Source: an uncultured Bdellovibrionales bacterium (GTDB taxonomy: Bacteria > Patescibacteriota > Minisyncoccia > Moranbacterales > UBA1568). Taken from it: a DNA stretch of 64,000 bases. The position numbers and the translations under genes were made by a program. The notes beneath the pieces are model-generated. The model saw only the letters and a list, made by a program, of their open reading frames with translations, ran no database searches and had not been told where the DNA came from. The stretch spans positions 66,621-130,620 of the forward strand of contig CAZCNN010000001.1 in assembly GCA_964500505.1 (NCBI GenBank), written 5' to 3'. Numbering within the stretch: the stretch's first letter is position 1; the number at the start of each line of letters is the position of its first letter. Positions 20,299 through 30,109 of the stretch are shown here, piece after piece.

Positions 20299-21126
20299 GT
20301 GATGAAAACGCTGGAGCTCACTATCGCTGTCAATGGGTATCGCAGTCCGGAAATTCTCCGACTCTGTCTTCAGTCTATCGAACGGGAAATGACGGGGAGC
20401 GGCATAGACTACGAGGTTATTGTGGCTGATAGCGCCACAGAGGAGGCTACTGAGATGCTCATGCGGGAAGAATTTCCAAATATGAGATTTTTTCCCTTTG
20501 CTCAAAATGTCGGCTTCAAGAAGCTCGTGAATGTATCGCTCGAGGAAGCGCGAGGAGAATACGTCTTTCTCATTAACAGTGACATCGTGCTCAGTCCGGG
20601 TGCGGTGCCAGAGATGCTCACCTACCTCAAGGCTCATCCAGAAATCGGACTCTTGGGACCAAAACAGTACAATTTCAACGGCAGTCTCCAGCAGAGTTGT
20701 TTCCATTTTTATCGACCCGAGACCATCCTCTATCGCCGGACGTGGCTCGGCAAACTCCCATTTGGCAGGAACCACCTCCGCTGGTTTACCCTGGCAGACC
20801 TCGATTTGAGTCGGCCTCAAGCTGTCGACTGGATTATCGGATCAGCTATGCTCGTGTCTCGAGCCAAAGCCAAGGAAGTGGGACCGATGGACGAACGTTT
20901 CTTTCTCTATATGGAGGATGTTGACTGGTGTCGCCGCTTCTGGGAGCACGGATTTAAGGTGGTGCACTATCCGAATACGTTTGTCTACCATTACCATGGC
21001 AAGGGGAGCGCCAAGGGAGGGTTCTTTGGTTCACTCTTTGGGAATCGTCTGACGTGGTATCATATCGAGAGTGCCCTCAAATACTTTTGGAAGTATCGTG
21101 GGAAATCATTACCAACAGTACACTAA
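20299..21126 (+). CDS. glycosyltransferase family 2
   Basis: The fold has no TM helix. DSATEE...FKKLVN. DxD-like block NSD. Confidence 0.7.
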   Translation: MMKTLELTIAVNGYRSPEILRLCLQSIEREMTGSGIDYEVIVADSATEEATEMLMREEFPNMRFFPFAQNVGFKKLVNVSLEEARGEYVFLINSDIVLSPGAVPEMLTYLKAHPEIGLLGPKQYNFNGSLQQSCFHFYRPETILYRRTWLGKLPFGRNHLRWFTLADLDLSRPQAVDWIIGSAMLVSRAKAKEVGPMDERFFLYMEDVDWCRRFWEHGFKVVHYPNTFVYHYHGKGSAKGGFFGSLFGNRLTWYHIESALKYFWKYRGKSLPTVH

Positions 21127-21135
21127 CAGCAACAT

Positions 21136-22413
21136 ATGATAGAGACAAACCAGGTTCCGCAGACCACACCAGAAAAGAAAGAGCAGGGTCATCGCCTCTT
21201 CAAAAAAGCGTTCCTTGCTTTTTTTATCCTTTTCTTGTTTGGCGTGACCTACTATACAGGGTATGAAAATGGGCGCGAAATGGGGGACGTCACTGCTTCG
21301 GAAGTGCTCTCCCCAGAGGACGCCATCGTCGTCAACAAAAAGAGTGCTGACACGACGATTGATTTCTCGCTCTTCTGGAAGGTGTGGGAGCTCCTCAAGG
21401 ACAAATATGTCGATCGAACTGGTCTCGATGCCCGAGAGCTCTTTTACGGGGCTATTGATGGGATGCTCGCTGCCACTGGGGACCCGTATACGACCTTTTT
21501 TAGCCCAGAAGAGAATAGAGAGTTCAATGAAGATATATCGGGGGTCTTTGAGGGTATCGGAGCCGAAATGGGCATGAAGGATAATATCATCACCATCATT
21601 GCGCCACTTGAGGGGATGCCTGCGGAAAAGGCCGGTCTCCTCCCGGGTGATAAAATCGTCAAGATCGATGATGTGGCTTCGAGTGGCTACTCGCTCGATG
21701 AGGCAGTCAAGCGCATTCGAGGAGCCAAGGGGACCTCGGTCAAACTGACTATTTTCCGGGAAGGCGATGAAGAAACTCGTGATATCACCGTAGAGCGAGG
21801 TATTATTTCTGTGAAGAGTGTTCGTTCTGAAACAAAAGAGGGCAATATTGCGTACATTCGCGTCAGTCGATTTGGCGAGGACACCGATGCACTGTTTACA
21901 GAAGCCGTCAAAAAGGCAGCTAGTGATCAATCCAAGGGCGTGATTATCGACCTCCGGAGTAACCCAGGCGGATTTCTCGATACGGCCGTAGAGATGGCGA
22001 GTTTTATGCTCCCATCGGGACAGATTGTGGTCATCGAAGAAGACGGTGCTGGCAAGCGCAAGGAGCTCAAAGCACGAGGCGGAGATATCTTGAGTGCTCT
22101 TCCGACGGTTGTTCTCATCAATGAAGGTAGTGCGAGTGCCTCCGAGATACTCGCTGGAGCGCTCCGTGAGAACCGGGACAATGTGACCCTTATCGGCAAA
22201 AAATCTTACGGTAAAGGATCCGTGCAGGAACTGATACCAGTAGGCAAGGATACGGCGGTCAAGATTACCGTCGCACGATGGTTGACACCAGAAGGGCACC
22301 AGATCAATAAGGCCGGTATCAGTCCGGATATAGAAGTAGGCATGACCGCTGAAGATCGCGAAAATAAGCGTGACCCGCAGCTTGATCGTGCTCTTGAGGA
22401 ATTGAGAAAATAA
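21136..22413 (+). CDS. ctpA: carboxy-terminal processing protease (S41, PDZ-containing)
   Basis: PDZ block GMPAEKAGLLPGDKIVKIDD. S41 catalytic region. Confidence 0.8.
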   Translation: MIETNQVPQTTPEKKEQGHRLFKKAFLAFFILFLFGVTYYTGYENGREMGDVTASEVLSPEDAIVVNKKSADTTIDFSLFWKVWELLKDKYVDRTGLDARELFYGAIDGMLAATGDPYTTFFSPEENREFNEDISGVFEGIGAEMGMKDNIITIIAPLEGMPAEKAGLLPGDKIVKIDDVASSGYSLDEAVKRIRGAKGTSVKLTIFREGDEETRDITVERGIISVKSVRSETKEGNIAYIRVSRFGEDTDALFTEAVKKAASDQSKGVIIDLRSNPGGFLDTAVEMASFMLPSGQIVVIEEDGAGKRKELKARGGDILSALPTVVLINEGSASASEILAGALRENRDNVTLIGKKSYGKGSVQELIPVGKDTAVKITVARWLTPEGHQINKAGISPDIEVGMTAEDRENKRDPQLDRALEELRK

Positions 22414-22422
22414 CGGGCCGTC

Positions 22423-22451
22423 TTGACCAGTAGAGGGAGATTTTCTATACT
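22423..22451 (+). promoter_or_regulatory. sigma70-like promoter TTGACC-17-TATACT upstream of groES
   Basis: ttgacc (22423-22428), 17-nt spacer, tatact (22446-22451). Confidence 0.45.
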
Positions 22452-22480
22452 GTGAGGTGCATAACCCGTAAGAAAACTCT

Positions 22481-22759
22481 ATGAAGAAAACGAATGTACA
22501 TCCGCTTGGTGAGAATATCTTGATTCAACTTGAAAAGCCTGAGCAGAAGACGGAAGCCGGTATCTACCTCCCAGAAACAGCCAAGGAAGAGCGTTCCCAG
22601 TTTGGGAGAGTCGCTGGTGTCGGTGAAAGCGATCGTATCAAAGTAAAACCAGGTGACCGAGTCATCTTTCGACTGTACGGTGGTGAAGAAGTCACTATCC
22701 TGGGCGCGTCGTACCTCATCTGCAACTACAAGGATGTCCTCGCCGTAGTCAAGGACTAA
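22481..22759 (+). CDS. groES: co-chaperonin GroES
   Basis: 92 aa, canonical GroES sequence. Confidence 0.9.
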   Translation: MKKTNVHPLGENILIQLEKPEQKTEAGIYLPETAKEERSQFGRVAGVGESDRIKVKPGDRVIFRLYGGEEVTILGASYLICNYKDVLAVVKD

Positions 22760-22767
22760 GACAAAAC

Positions 22768-22795
22768 AAAAAGCACCCGGGAGGGTGTTTTTTGT
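22768..22795. terminator. bidirectional terminator cacccgggagggtg + T-run
   Basis: Hairpin plus tttttt. Confidence 0.65.
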
Positions 22796-22797
22796 TG

Positions 22798-23625
22798 CTA
22801 TGGTTCGATGGGGAGACCGCTCTCTTTTTTGAGATAATCACTGCCAGCGAGCGTCTTGCCAGTAAAGATATTGAGATCGGCTAATCTGACACCACCTTGA
22901 AATGAGGTCAGTTCGTTTTCGCCATAGACCACGATGGTACTACCTGCTGGGATCTCGCCTGAGCGCTTCTCTAATTCTTTGAGCGGAATATGAAAGGCTC
23001 CTCGAATATGAGCCCGTTCATAGGCTTCCGTCGTCTGGACATCGAGGAGCAAGAGATTGGTTGGGGGATTAAAATAGAGCTTTTTAAACTCATCTAAACT
23101 GATGTAGGTTACTTTAGACTGATCGAGAAATGAGTTGGGATCGCCCGCTGAAATGAGTTGATTGCCACCTCGCTTCCAAGCCTCGATGCCACCTTTCAAC
23201 ATGAAAACAGGGTAGGATTTCTGACGGAGGATGGTCTCAGTCGTTTCTCGTGTATTCTTATCCTGTGCCGAGAAAACAATGATGACCGTACGGCCTTCTT
23301 CTGGCACAAAGGTAGCGAGGGCTCCCGTTGAAATGGATCGGGATCCGAGGAGGTGTTCACTCTCAAAGTCAGCCTGGCCACGGACATCCACGAAGACGAA
23401 CTGTTCTTTGTTCATGAGCTTTTGCCGGATGGTATTGGCATCGAGTTCGGGGATGGGATTACTTTGTGCAGGAGAAGGGAGGGCAGCGGAGATGTCTTCT
23501 TCTTTGGGAGTATCTTTAAAAAGCGTTCGTCCGATGAAGTAGCCACCGACTAAGAGCACGAGCAAACCACCTACGAGTACAGCTCGAGCATTTTTCTTGT
23601 CTTGTGAAGTAGGGAGTTCACGCAT
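22798..23625 (-). CDS. tandem rhodanese-domain protein with N-terminal TM
   Basis: Two rhodanese-like modules (FVFVDVRG..., LLLLDVQT...). The second retains a Cys. Confidence 0.65.
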   Translation of the reverse strand: MRELPTSQDKKNARAVLVGGLLVLLVGGYFIGRTLFKDTPKEEDISAALPSPAQSNPIPELDANTIRQKLMNKEQFVFVDVRGQADFESEHLLGSRSISTGALATFVPEEGRTVIIVFSAQDKNTRETTETILRQKSYPVFMLKGGIEAWKRGGNQLISAGDPNSFLDQSKVTYISLDEFKKLYFNPPTNLLLLDVQTTEAYERAHIRGAFHIPLKELEKRSGEIPAGSTIVVYGENELTSFQGGVRLADLNIFTGKTLAGSDYLKKESGLPIEP

Positions 23626-23636
23626 AAGAGTGGGTG

Positions 23637-24776
23637 CTACTCGAGGAGAGTACCAACAAAACCTTCGTTGCCATTGAGAAATTCCCGGATCGGGAGGGGT
23701 GATTTGCCTTCTAGTTGGACTGTCTCGAGGAAGAGTATACCGCTACCTGTTTGAACACCGATTTTTTCACCGATTTCACAGACCATCCCGATGGGTTGTT
23801 TGAGACCAGGATTCAACTTTTGGACTGAAACGGTGAGGAGCTTGAGGCGGAGGAGATTGTCCTTTTTATGCCAGTAAGCAAAGATGCCCGGCCACGGAGA
23901 GAGAGCGCGATAGCGGTTGTAGATACTCTCGGCATCGTCACTCCAGACGATCTTGCCGTCGCTCCGTTCGATGAGCTGGCAGAGAGTAGCATCTTCGTGG
24001 TTTTGCTTCTTTAGGGTGATGCGACGCTCTACCCAGTCTGGGAGGGTAGAGAGGAGGAGGTCACGGCCAGCCATCGTAAGCTTGCCTGTGAGAGTCTCCG
24101 TAGTATCATCTGGGGCAATGGGGACCGTCACTTGGGTCAAGATATCACCCGTATCCATCCCGCGGTCCATGAGCATGATAGTGACGCCAGTTTCGGTCGC
24201 ACCGGCAAGGAGCGCGTTTTGGATCGGAGAGGCACCTCTCCACAGTGGGAGAAGTGAGGTATGAAAGTTGATACAGCCGAATCCTGGGAGGTTGAGGACC
24301 GATTCGGGGAGAATTTTGCCATAGGCAGCGACCACAATGAGATCTGGCTTCCAATCTGTCAGAGTTTTGAGTGTTGCATCATCTATCCGTTCAGGCTGGA
24401 GCAGTGGGAGGGCGCGTTCGACGGCGAGTTTTTTGACCGGACTCTCTTCAATCTCTCGTTTTCGACCGACCGGTTTGTCGGGCTTCGTAACCACTCCGAC
24501 TATGTTGTATTCGGCATCGAGGAGCGCCTGGAGGAGTGTGGCGGAAAGTGTCGGCGTACCCATAAAGACGACCCGGACCTTGGGCGGGCCTTGCTTGTCG
24601 GCGACAGCGGGCTTTGTTTTATGAAGAGAGCGCTTATCCTTTGAGTGATGGACCATCACTTTGTGGCCGCGGGTAGGCCAGAAATGCTCTACAAAGCGTC
24701 TAAAGAGACTGGACATACGGTAAATTTTTTTGTTTTTTCTCTTGTTTGAGGAAACGATGGAGGATGAGCACGCCAT
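23637..24776 (-). CDS. fmt: methionyl-tRNA formyltransferase
   Basis: VVFMGTP...HTSLLPLWRGASPIQ. The true start is probably internal (24716 or 24656), because the 24776 start overlaps the def stop at 24700 by 77 nt. Confidence 0.85.
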   Translation of the reverse strand: MACSSSIVSSNKRKNKKIYRMSSLFRRFVEHFWPTRGHKVMVHHSKDKRSLHKTKPAVADKQGPPKVRVVFMGTPTLSATLLQALLDAEYNIVGVVTKPDKPVGRKREIEESPVKKLAVERALPLLQPERIDDATLKTLTDWKPDLIVVAAYGKILPESVLNLPGFGCINFHTSLLPLWRGASPIQNALLAGATETGVTIMLMDRGMDTGDILTQVTVPIAPDDTTETLTGKLTMAGRDLLLSTLPDWVERRITLKKQNHEDATLCQLIERSDGKIVWSDDAESIYNRYRALSPWPGIFAYWHKKDNLLRLKLLTVSVQKLNPGLKQPIGMVCEIGEKIGVQTGSGILFLETVQLEGKSPLPIREFLNGNEGFVGTLLE

Positions 24777-25185
24777 CTAAGTGATCGACTTCGTGTTGGA
24801 TGACTGTCGCGAGGAATCCGCTCGCGCGCAACTTCTTCGGGAGACCCTTTTCATTGATATATCTGACTGTGACCGTCTCGGAACGGAGGATGGGAAAGAA
24901 TTCACCTGGGAGACTGAGGCAACCCTCTTCTGAAACGATGAGTTCTTGTGAGCGGGATGTGATCTCGGGATTGATGAGGAAATACTGCTTTTTCTCGACT
25001 TCAGCGACAGCGAGCCGGAGTGGGATATTGATCTGAGGCGCCGCCAAACCGACACCGTGCTCTTTGTGCATGGTCACAATCATTTTGGGGAGGAGTTCCT
25101 GGATCTCAGGAGAGAGCGGGTCTGTGACCAGCTTGGTTTTTTGACAGAGGATGGATTTGTCCTCGCCAGTAACGATTGGAAGCAT
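24700..25185 (-). CDS. def: peptide deformylase
   Basis: GVGLAAPQ, EGCLSLPG and HEVDHLDG motifs. Starts at MLPIVTG (25185), 10 nt after the priA stop. Confidence 0.85.
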   Translation of the reverse strand: MLPIVTGEDKSILCQKTKLVTDPLSPEIQELLPKMIVTMHKEHGVGLAAPQINIPLRLAVAEVEKKQYFLINPEITSRSQELIVSEEGCLSLPGEFFPILRSETVTVRYINEKGLPKKLRASGFLATVIQHEVDHLDGVLILHRFLKQEKKQKNLPYVQSL

Positions 25186-25195
25186 AGGGAGTCGT

Positions 25196-27157
25196 TTAGC
25201 GGAGAGCGAGTGGATCAATATCAATGATGAGGTCTTTGCTATTTTTTTCGAGAAAGGTACGGATACTGGATGGGAGCGTCTCCCGGAAACGGAGAAGCGT
25301 CGTCGACTCAAACTGACCACGCTTCTTCGGTCGATCCACGCTCTTGGTCGGATAGAGTCGACAGTCCTTGGTGAGGAGCGGTGAGAGTGCCCTCGCGAGG
25401 TGCTCACTTTTTTTATTGACTTCCTGTGCTGACTTCCCAGTTGCGCCGAGAGCGACAAAACGTGCAAAGGGCGGATAAGCAAAGTCTCGTCTCTCCTCGA
25501 TGAACGTGGCCAAGATACTCGAGCTCCCCTCGGTCACTATTTTTTGGAAAAAGGCATGTTCTGGATGAAAAGTTTGGACGATGACTCGCCCAGAAGGGGA
25601 GGATACGGTCTGGCGCATGGCTCGGGAAATGTCCCGAAAAAGGCGCTCATCAGCCTGAAAATCAGGAAAAAGAAGGAGACTATCCGCATCAATCATAGCA
25701 ACGAGCGAGAGTTTCGGCAAGGGTGGATCTTTGAGGACCATCTGGGTACCGATGATGATATCGAGTTCTCCGGCGAGGCCTTGAGAGATGATCTCTTGCA
25801 GCGCTCTGGCTGATTTTTGAGTAGAGCTATCGAGGCGGGCGATACGAGCTCGCGGAAAACGCTTGCGGATTTCACGTTCAACCTTTTCGGTGCCAAAGCC
25901 CACATGACGAAACACGAGGTGCCCACAGCTTGGGCAGCTGGGGAAACTCCCGGTCTCAAAGGAGCAATTGAGACAGCGGAAACCACCATCTACGGTATTA
26001 ATGAGGGGGTGATCGCACTCCTTACAGCGGAAAACTTCTTTACAGCGTTCGCACACGGAGAATGCACTCAGGCCCTGACGATTGATGTAGAGAAGGATTT
26101 GCTCACGTCGAGAGAGCGCTTCTTCGATATGGAGCGCGAGCTCTTCAGAGACTGGGGAGTAATTCCGACGGTAGCGCTCGAGGCGCAGGTTCACCACCGA
26201 GAGCCGACTCCCAAAGGGTGGATGGATTGGTAGACGTGCGACTGGTAGCATATCGCCACGTTCTATCCGGGCCAGAGTCTCAACACTCGGAGTACCAGAG
26301 GTCAGTATGAGGGTGGCTTGGTGGATGTGAGCGAGTAGCTCGGCGACGCGTTTGCCGTGGTAGCGCGGACTCATGTCCCATTGCTTATAACTCTCATCTT
26401 GCTCCTCAGTGACAATGATGGCACCCAGATTCTTGAAAGGGGCAAACAAGCCCTGGCGAGTCGAGAGGATAATCCGGGCTTCGCCACTTCGCACTCGTTC
26501 CCAGGCCGAGAAGTAGGCACCGTCCGAGAGGTGGCTCTGGAGCGTGGCAATTTTCGCGGTGGGGAAAGCGCTCTCTAGAGCGCGGAGAAGGATGGGAATG
26601 AGCGTGATTTCCGGAACCAAGACGAGGACTTGTTTCTGAGACTTTTCGTAGTGCTTGATGGCGAGAAGGAGAGAACGCTTGGCTCCGGTATCGAGTGAGG
26701 TATCGATAAAGAGTGGTCGCTCACTCTGTGCCCAGAATGGATTCGCCATGAGGACACGTTCTTCCTTGGTGAGTCGGATGACTTTCGGTACTACGGTATG
26801 GCCTCCAGATTTTTTGGTGAGGCGCTCTCTGACCCGCTTGGCGATAAAATGTTTGAGTGTCTTCCCAAGCGGAGTAAAATATTCAGTACTGATTTCTTGG
26901 GCAAGTGCGCACTGTGCCCCAGTAAGGAGCGCTGGTTCTACGACGGCGGTGACAAATTTCATCCAAGTAGGTCTCCGTCCTGGGAGAGCCTGACACTTAA
27001 AGACGATACCTTGTCCCATCTGACGTCCAAACGATATGGAAACGAGTGACCCAGGCTTGACGGGTACGGTGCTCGCATAGCTAAAAAGCGGTGATCGCGC
27101 GAGAGGCAGGATCATGAGGGGGGCCACTTCGAGACGATAGAGCGAAAAGTCTTTCAT
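25196..27157 (-). CDS. priA: primosomal protein N' (PriA helicase)
   Basis: DEAD/H helicase motifs plus the Cys4-Cys4 Zn region CERCKE...CPSCGH. Confidence 0.85.
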   Translation of the reverse strand: MKDFSLYRLEVAPLMILPLARSPLFSYASTVPVKPGSLVSISFGRQMGQGIVFKCQALPGRRPTWMKFVTAVVEPALLTGAQCALAQEISTEYFTPLGKTLKHFIAKRVRERLTKKSGGHTVVPKVIRLTKEERVLMANPFWAQSERPLFIDTSLDTGAKRSLLLAIKHYEKSQKQVLVLVPEITLIPILLRALESAFPTAKIATLQSHLSDGAYFSAWERVRSGEARIILSTRQGLFAPFKNLGAIIVTEEQDESYKQWDMSPRYHGKRVAELLAHIHQATLILTSGTPSVETLARIERGDMLPVARLPIHPPFGSRLSVVNLRLERYRRNYSPVSEELALHIEEALSRREQILLYINRQGLSAFSVCERCKEVFRCKECDHPLINTVDGGFRCLNCSFETGSFPSCPSCGHLVFRHVGFGTEKVEREIRKRFPRARIARLDSSTQKSARALQEIISQGLAGELDIIIGTQMVLKDPPLPKLSLVAMIDADSLLLFPDFQADERLFRDISRAMRQTVSSPSGRVIVQTFHPEHAFFQKIVTEGSSSILATFIEERRDFAYPPFARFVALGATGKSAQEVNKKSEHLARALSPLLTKDCRLYPTKSVDRPKKRGQFESTTLLRFRETLPSSIRTFLEKNSKDLIIDIDPLALR

Positions 27158-27214
27158 ATGCTGTCAGTGTAGCAAATTATTGCTCTTTTGGCTTTTTTGC
27201 GCTACTCTTCCGTC

Positions 27215-27763
27215 ATGAACAAGACTCGAAGACTCTTTGTTGGCCTTCCGCTCTCGCGGGAGCTCAAGAAACGCCTGGTGCGTGAAATGGACGTTTTCCC
27301 AAAGGAAGCGTCGCTTTTGACCCGCGAAGAGAACCTCCAAGTGACTGTCTTTTTCCTCGGGTTTGTCCATGAGGGTGAAGTAGCCGATGTCTGTGCTCGG
27401 GTGGGGTCGGTCTGCGAAAACCTTGAAGCCTTTGAACTGGAGTTTAGTGGCATTTCGCTCATGGAAAGTGCAGAGAATCCCAAGATGATTTGGCTGAAAG
27501 GGGAAGCCAGTGAAGGACTCAAAATATTACGGGAAGAAATAGAAAAGGAGTTTGCTTCGTTTGTGACCGAGAAGAAACTCTACCGTCCGCATATCACACT
27601 TGCTAAAATCAAGAAGCAGCGTTGGCTCGCTCTGCCGGAGAAGCCCGTGCTCAAGGACCAACTACACCTCATGGAACCAATTGACACGGTGTGTGTCTAC
27701 GAAAGCCTCACCATCGATGGCAAACGTCGCTACGAGCCTATCGATACCTTTTCTTTGCTTTGA
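27215..27763 (+). CDS. 2H phosphoesterase (RNA 2',3'-cyclic phosphodiesterase ThpR/LigT-like)
   Basis: HITLAK second H-x-T motif. The first motif is degenerate (QVTVFF). Confidence 0.55.
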   Translation: MNKTRRLFVGLPLSRELKKRLVREMDVFPKEASLLTREENLQVTVFFLGFVHEGEVADVCARVGSVCENLEAFELEFSGISLMESAENPKMIWLKGEASEGLKILREEIEKEFASFVTEKKLYRPHITLAKIKKQRWLALPEKPVLKDQLHLMEPIDTVCVYESLTIDGKRRYEPIDTFSLL

Positions 27764-27766
27764 GGT

Positions 27767-28492
27767 ATGAATCATGACGCCAGAGTTATGAGAATACTCG
27801 ACATTCCTATTGCTATGGGATCCCGCGAGGTTATCCTGGCACAAGTCAAAAGATTTTTGACTGAGCCACGATTCCATCGCATTGCGACGGTCAATCCCGA
27901 GTTCTTGGTCATGGCCGGTCATGATGAGGCATTCAAACAATCACTCCTTTCGGCCGACCTGTGTGTAGCAGATGGTACCGGTATCGTACTCGCCGGACTA
28001 TTCAAGGGAAAGAATGTCACACGATTTCCCGGTGCGGACCTCCTCCATGAAATCCTCACCATCGCTGAGCGAGATGGACATCCTATCTTCCTCGCTATCA
28101 AAAAAGACGGTCTTTCTTCGTATCAAGAAATCCGTCAGTCTCTTCTCAAAAGGTATCCGAAACTTTCTGTTGCGGGGGTAGAGGTTATCATGACGGAACC
28201 CTGGGAACACTATCAGCTAAAAGCTAAAAGCTATAAGCTCGTTTTGTGCAATTTCGGTGCCCCAGCCCAAGAACTCTTTCTCGAAAGTCTGAGAACTAAT
28301 CCGGGCGATATCCGTCTCGCTATGGGTGTAGGAGGAAGCTTTGATTTTCTGACTGGCAAACAAAAGCGCGCGCCGCAGTGGCTCCGTACCTTCGGCCTCG
28401 AATGGCTCTGGCGCCTCATCCTTCAGCCGAGGAGATGGCGACGTATCTGGAACGCAGTGGTCGTTTTTCCGCTCAAAGTATTGATTAAATAG
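27767..28492 (+). CDS. WecB/TagA/CpsF family glycosyltransferase (GT26)
   Basis: Family-typical N-terminal ILDIPI...VNPEF block. Confidence 0.8.
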   Translation: MNHDARVMRILDIPIAMGSREVILAQVKRFLTEPRFHRIATVNPEFLVMAGHDEAFKQSLLSADLCVADGTGIVLAGLFKGKNVTRFPGADLLHEILTIAERDGHPIFLAIKKDGLSSYQEIRQSLLKRYPKLSVAGVEVIMTEPWEHYQLKAKSYKLVLCNFGAPAQELFLESLRTNPGDIRLAMGVGGSFDFLTGKQKRAPQWLRTFGLEWLWRLILQPRRWRRIWNAVVVFPLKVLIK

Positions 28493-28538
28493 TGAAATAA
28501 GGTTAGAATAAAGCCACAAATCCGTATAGTAGTGTTTT

Positions 28539-30071
28539 ATGTCAAACGTTCGAGTCAGATTTGCCCCATCACCAACTGGATTTCTCCATGTGGGAGGGCT
28601 CCGTACAGCACTTTATAGCTACCTCTTTGCCAAGAAAGAAGGTGGGACATATATCTTGCGCATTGAAGACACGGACCAAAAACGGCTTGTCCCAGGATCT
28701 GTAGAGAGTCTCATTCAGACGCTACTTGCAATGGGAGTGCGCCACACGGAAGGTCCATTTGAAAAAGATGTGACGAGTGGACCATCGAGAGAGTCTACGA
28801 AGTACCCAGGCATTGTGGAGATGGGAGAGTATGGCCCATATATTCAATCTGAACGTCTCGATCTCTACCAGAAGTACACGGATGAGCTCATAGCTGAGAG
28901 GAAGGCTTACCGATGTTTTTGTACACCGGAACGCCTAGAGGAGATGCGGACAGAACAATCGCGCAATAAGCAGGCCCCAAAGTACGACCGATTTTGTTTA
29001 AAACTTTCTGAATCAGAGGTTACTCGCAAGAAGGAAGCTGGTGAGCCGTATGTGGTCCGTTTTCTCATTCCTGAAGACAGAGAAATCGAGTTCGTAGATT
29101 TGGTTCGAGGCAAAGTTAAGTTTCATACCAAAGATCTTGACGACCATGTCCTCATGAAGTCTGATGGCTATCCTACCTATCACCTGGCTGTGGTGGTGGA
29201 TGATCACCTGATGGGCATCACTCATGCTCTCCGCTCCGAAGAGTGGGTCCCGAGTACCCCCAAACACATCCTCCTCTACGAAGCACTCGGTTGGGAGGCA
29301 CCGCATATTGGGCATCTCTCGGTTATCCTAGGTAAGGATGGTAAGAAAAAGTTGTCCAAACGCGATGGCGGTGTATCGGTGGAATACTTTCTTGCTCAGG
29401 GTTACCTAAAAGAGGCACTCATCAATTTCATCGCACTTCTTGGTTGGAACCCGGGGCAGGGGAATACGCAAGAAATTTTTACCCTTGAGGAGCTCGAGCA
29501 ATCATTTAGTTTATCCGGCTTACACAAAGCTGGCGCGGTGTTTGACTTGAAGAAGCTCGACTGGATGAATGGTGAATACCTGAAGAAACTCTCTGTCGAT
29601 GAGCTCTACACTCGGGCGCTTGAGTTCGGTCAGTTTCAAAACGAATTTTTTGCGACGGTAGGGGAAGCACTGAAATCTGAGACTTATCTCAAACGTGTTC
29701 TCGCGGTTGAGCATGATCGACTGACCCGTCTCACAGACATCGGGCTCCACAATCCCTTTTTCTTTGTGATGGGGGAATATGAGGCCAAGATGCTCAATTG
29801 GAAGGACAATGATGCCAGCATGACGCGAGCTTCTTTGGAACAAGCAGAGAAGCTCCTTGAGAACTTTGACGATACTACCTGGGCAACGCTCAATCTCATT
29901 GAAGAAAAACTGCTCACAGAAGCTGGCGATAAGCGTGGTGACTTTCTCTGGCCACTGCGGGTAGCGCTCACGGGTGCCGAACGTTCACCTTCACCAGCCC
30001 AAGTCGCCTGGGTTCTTGGGAAAAACGAGAGTCTCGCACGCCTCAAACAAGCCATCGCCAAGCTGGTGTAG
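28539..30071 (+). CDS. gltX: glutamyl-tRNA synthetase
   Basis: HVGG (HIGH) and KLSKR (KMSKS) motifs. Confidence 0.9.
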   Translation: MSNVRVRFAPSPTGFLHVGGLRTALYSYLFAKKEGGTYILRIEDTDQKRLVPGSVESLIQTLLAMGVRHTEGPFEKDVTSGPSRESTKYPGIVEMGEYGPYIQSERLDLYQKYTDELIAERKAYRCFCTPERLEEMRTEQSRNKQAPKYDRFCLKLSESEVTRKKEAGEPYVVRFLIPEDREIEFVDLVRGKVKFHTKDLDDHVLMKSDGYPTYHLAVVVDDHLMGITHALRSEEWVPSTPKHILLYEALGWEAPHIGHLSVILGKDGKKKLSKRDGGVSVEYFLAQGYLKEALINFIALLGWNPGQGNTQEIFTLEELEQSFSLSGLHKAGAVFDLKKLDWMNGEYLKKLSVDELYTRALEFGQFQNEFFATVGEALKSETYLKRVLAVEHDRLTRLTDIGLHNPFFFVMGEYEAKMLNWKDNDASMTRASLEQAEKLLENFDDTTWATLNLIEEKLLTEAGDKRGDFLWPLRVALTGAERSPSPAQVAWVLGKNESLARLKQAIAKLV

Positions 30072-30109
30072 TACCAGATATGGGTATGGTATACTGAGAG
30101 TTACGGAGC

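Noticed and set aside
23637-24776. Apparent 60-aa N-terminal extension on Fmt as a novel domain
   Set aside because: Lys/Arg/Ser-rich low complexity that overlaps the def stop; more likely the true start is an internal Met (24716 or 24656).
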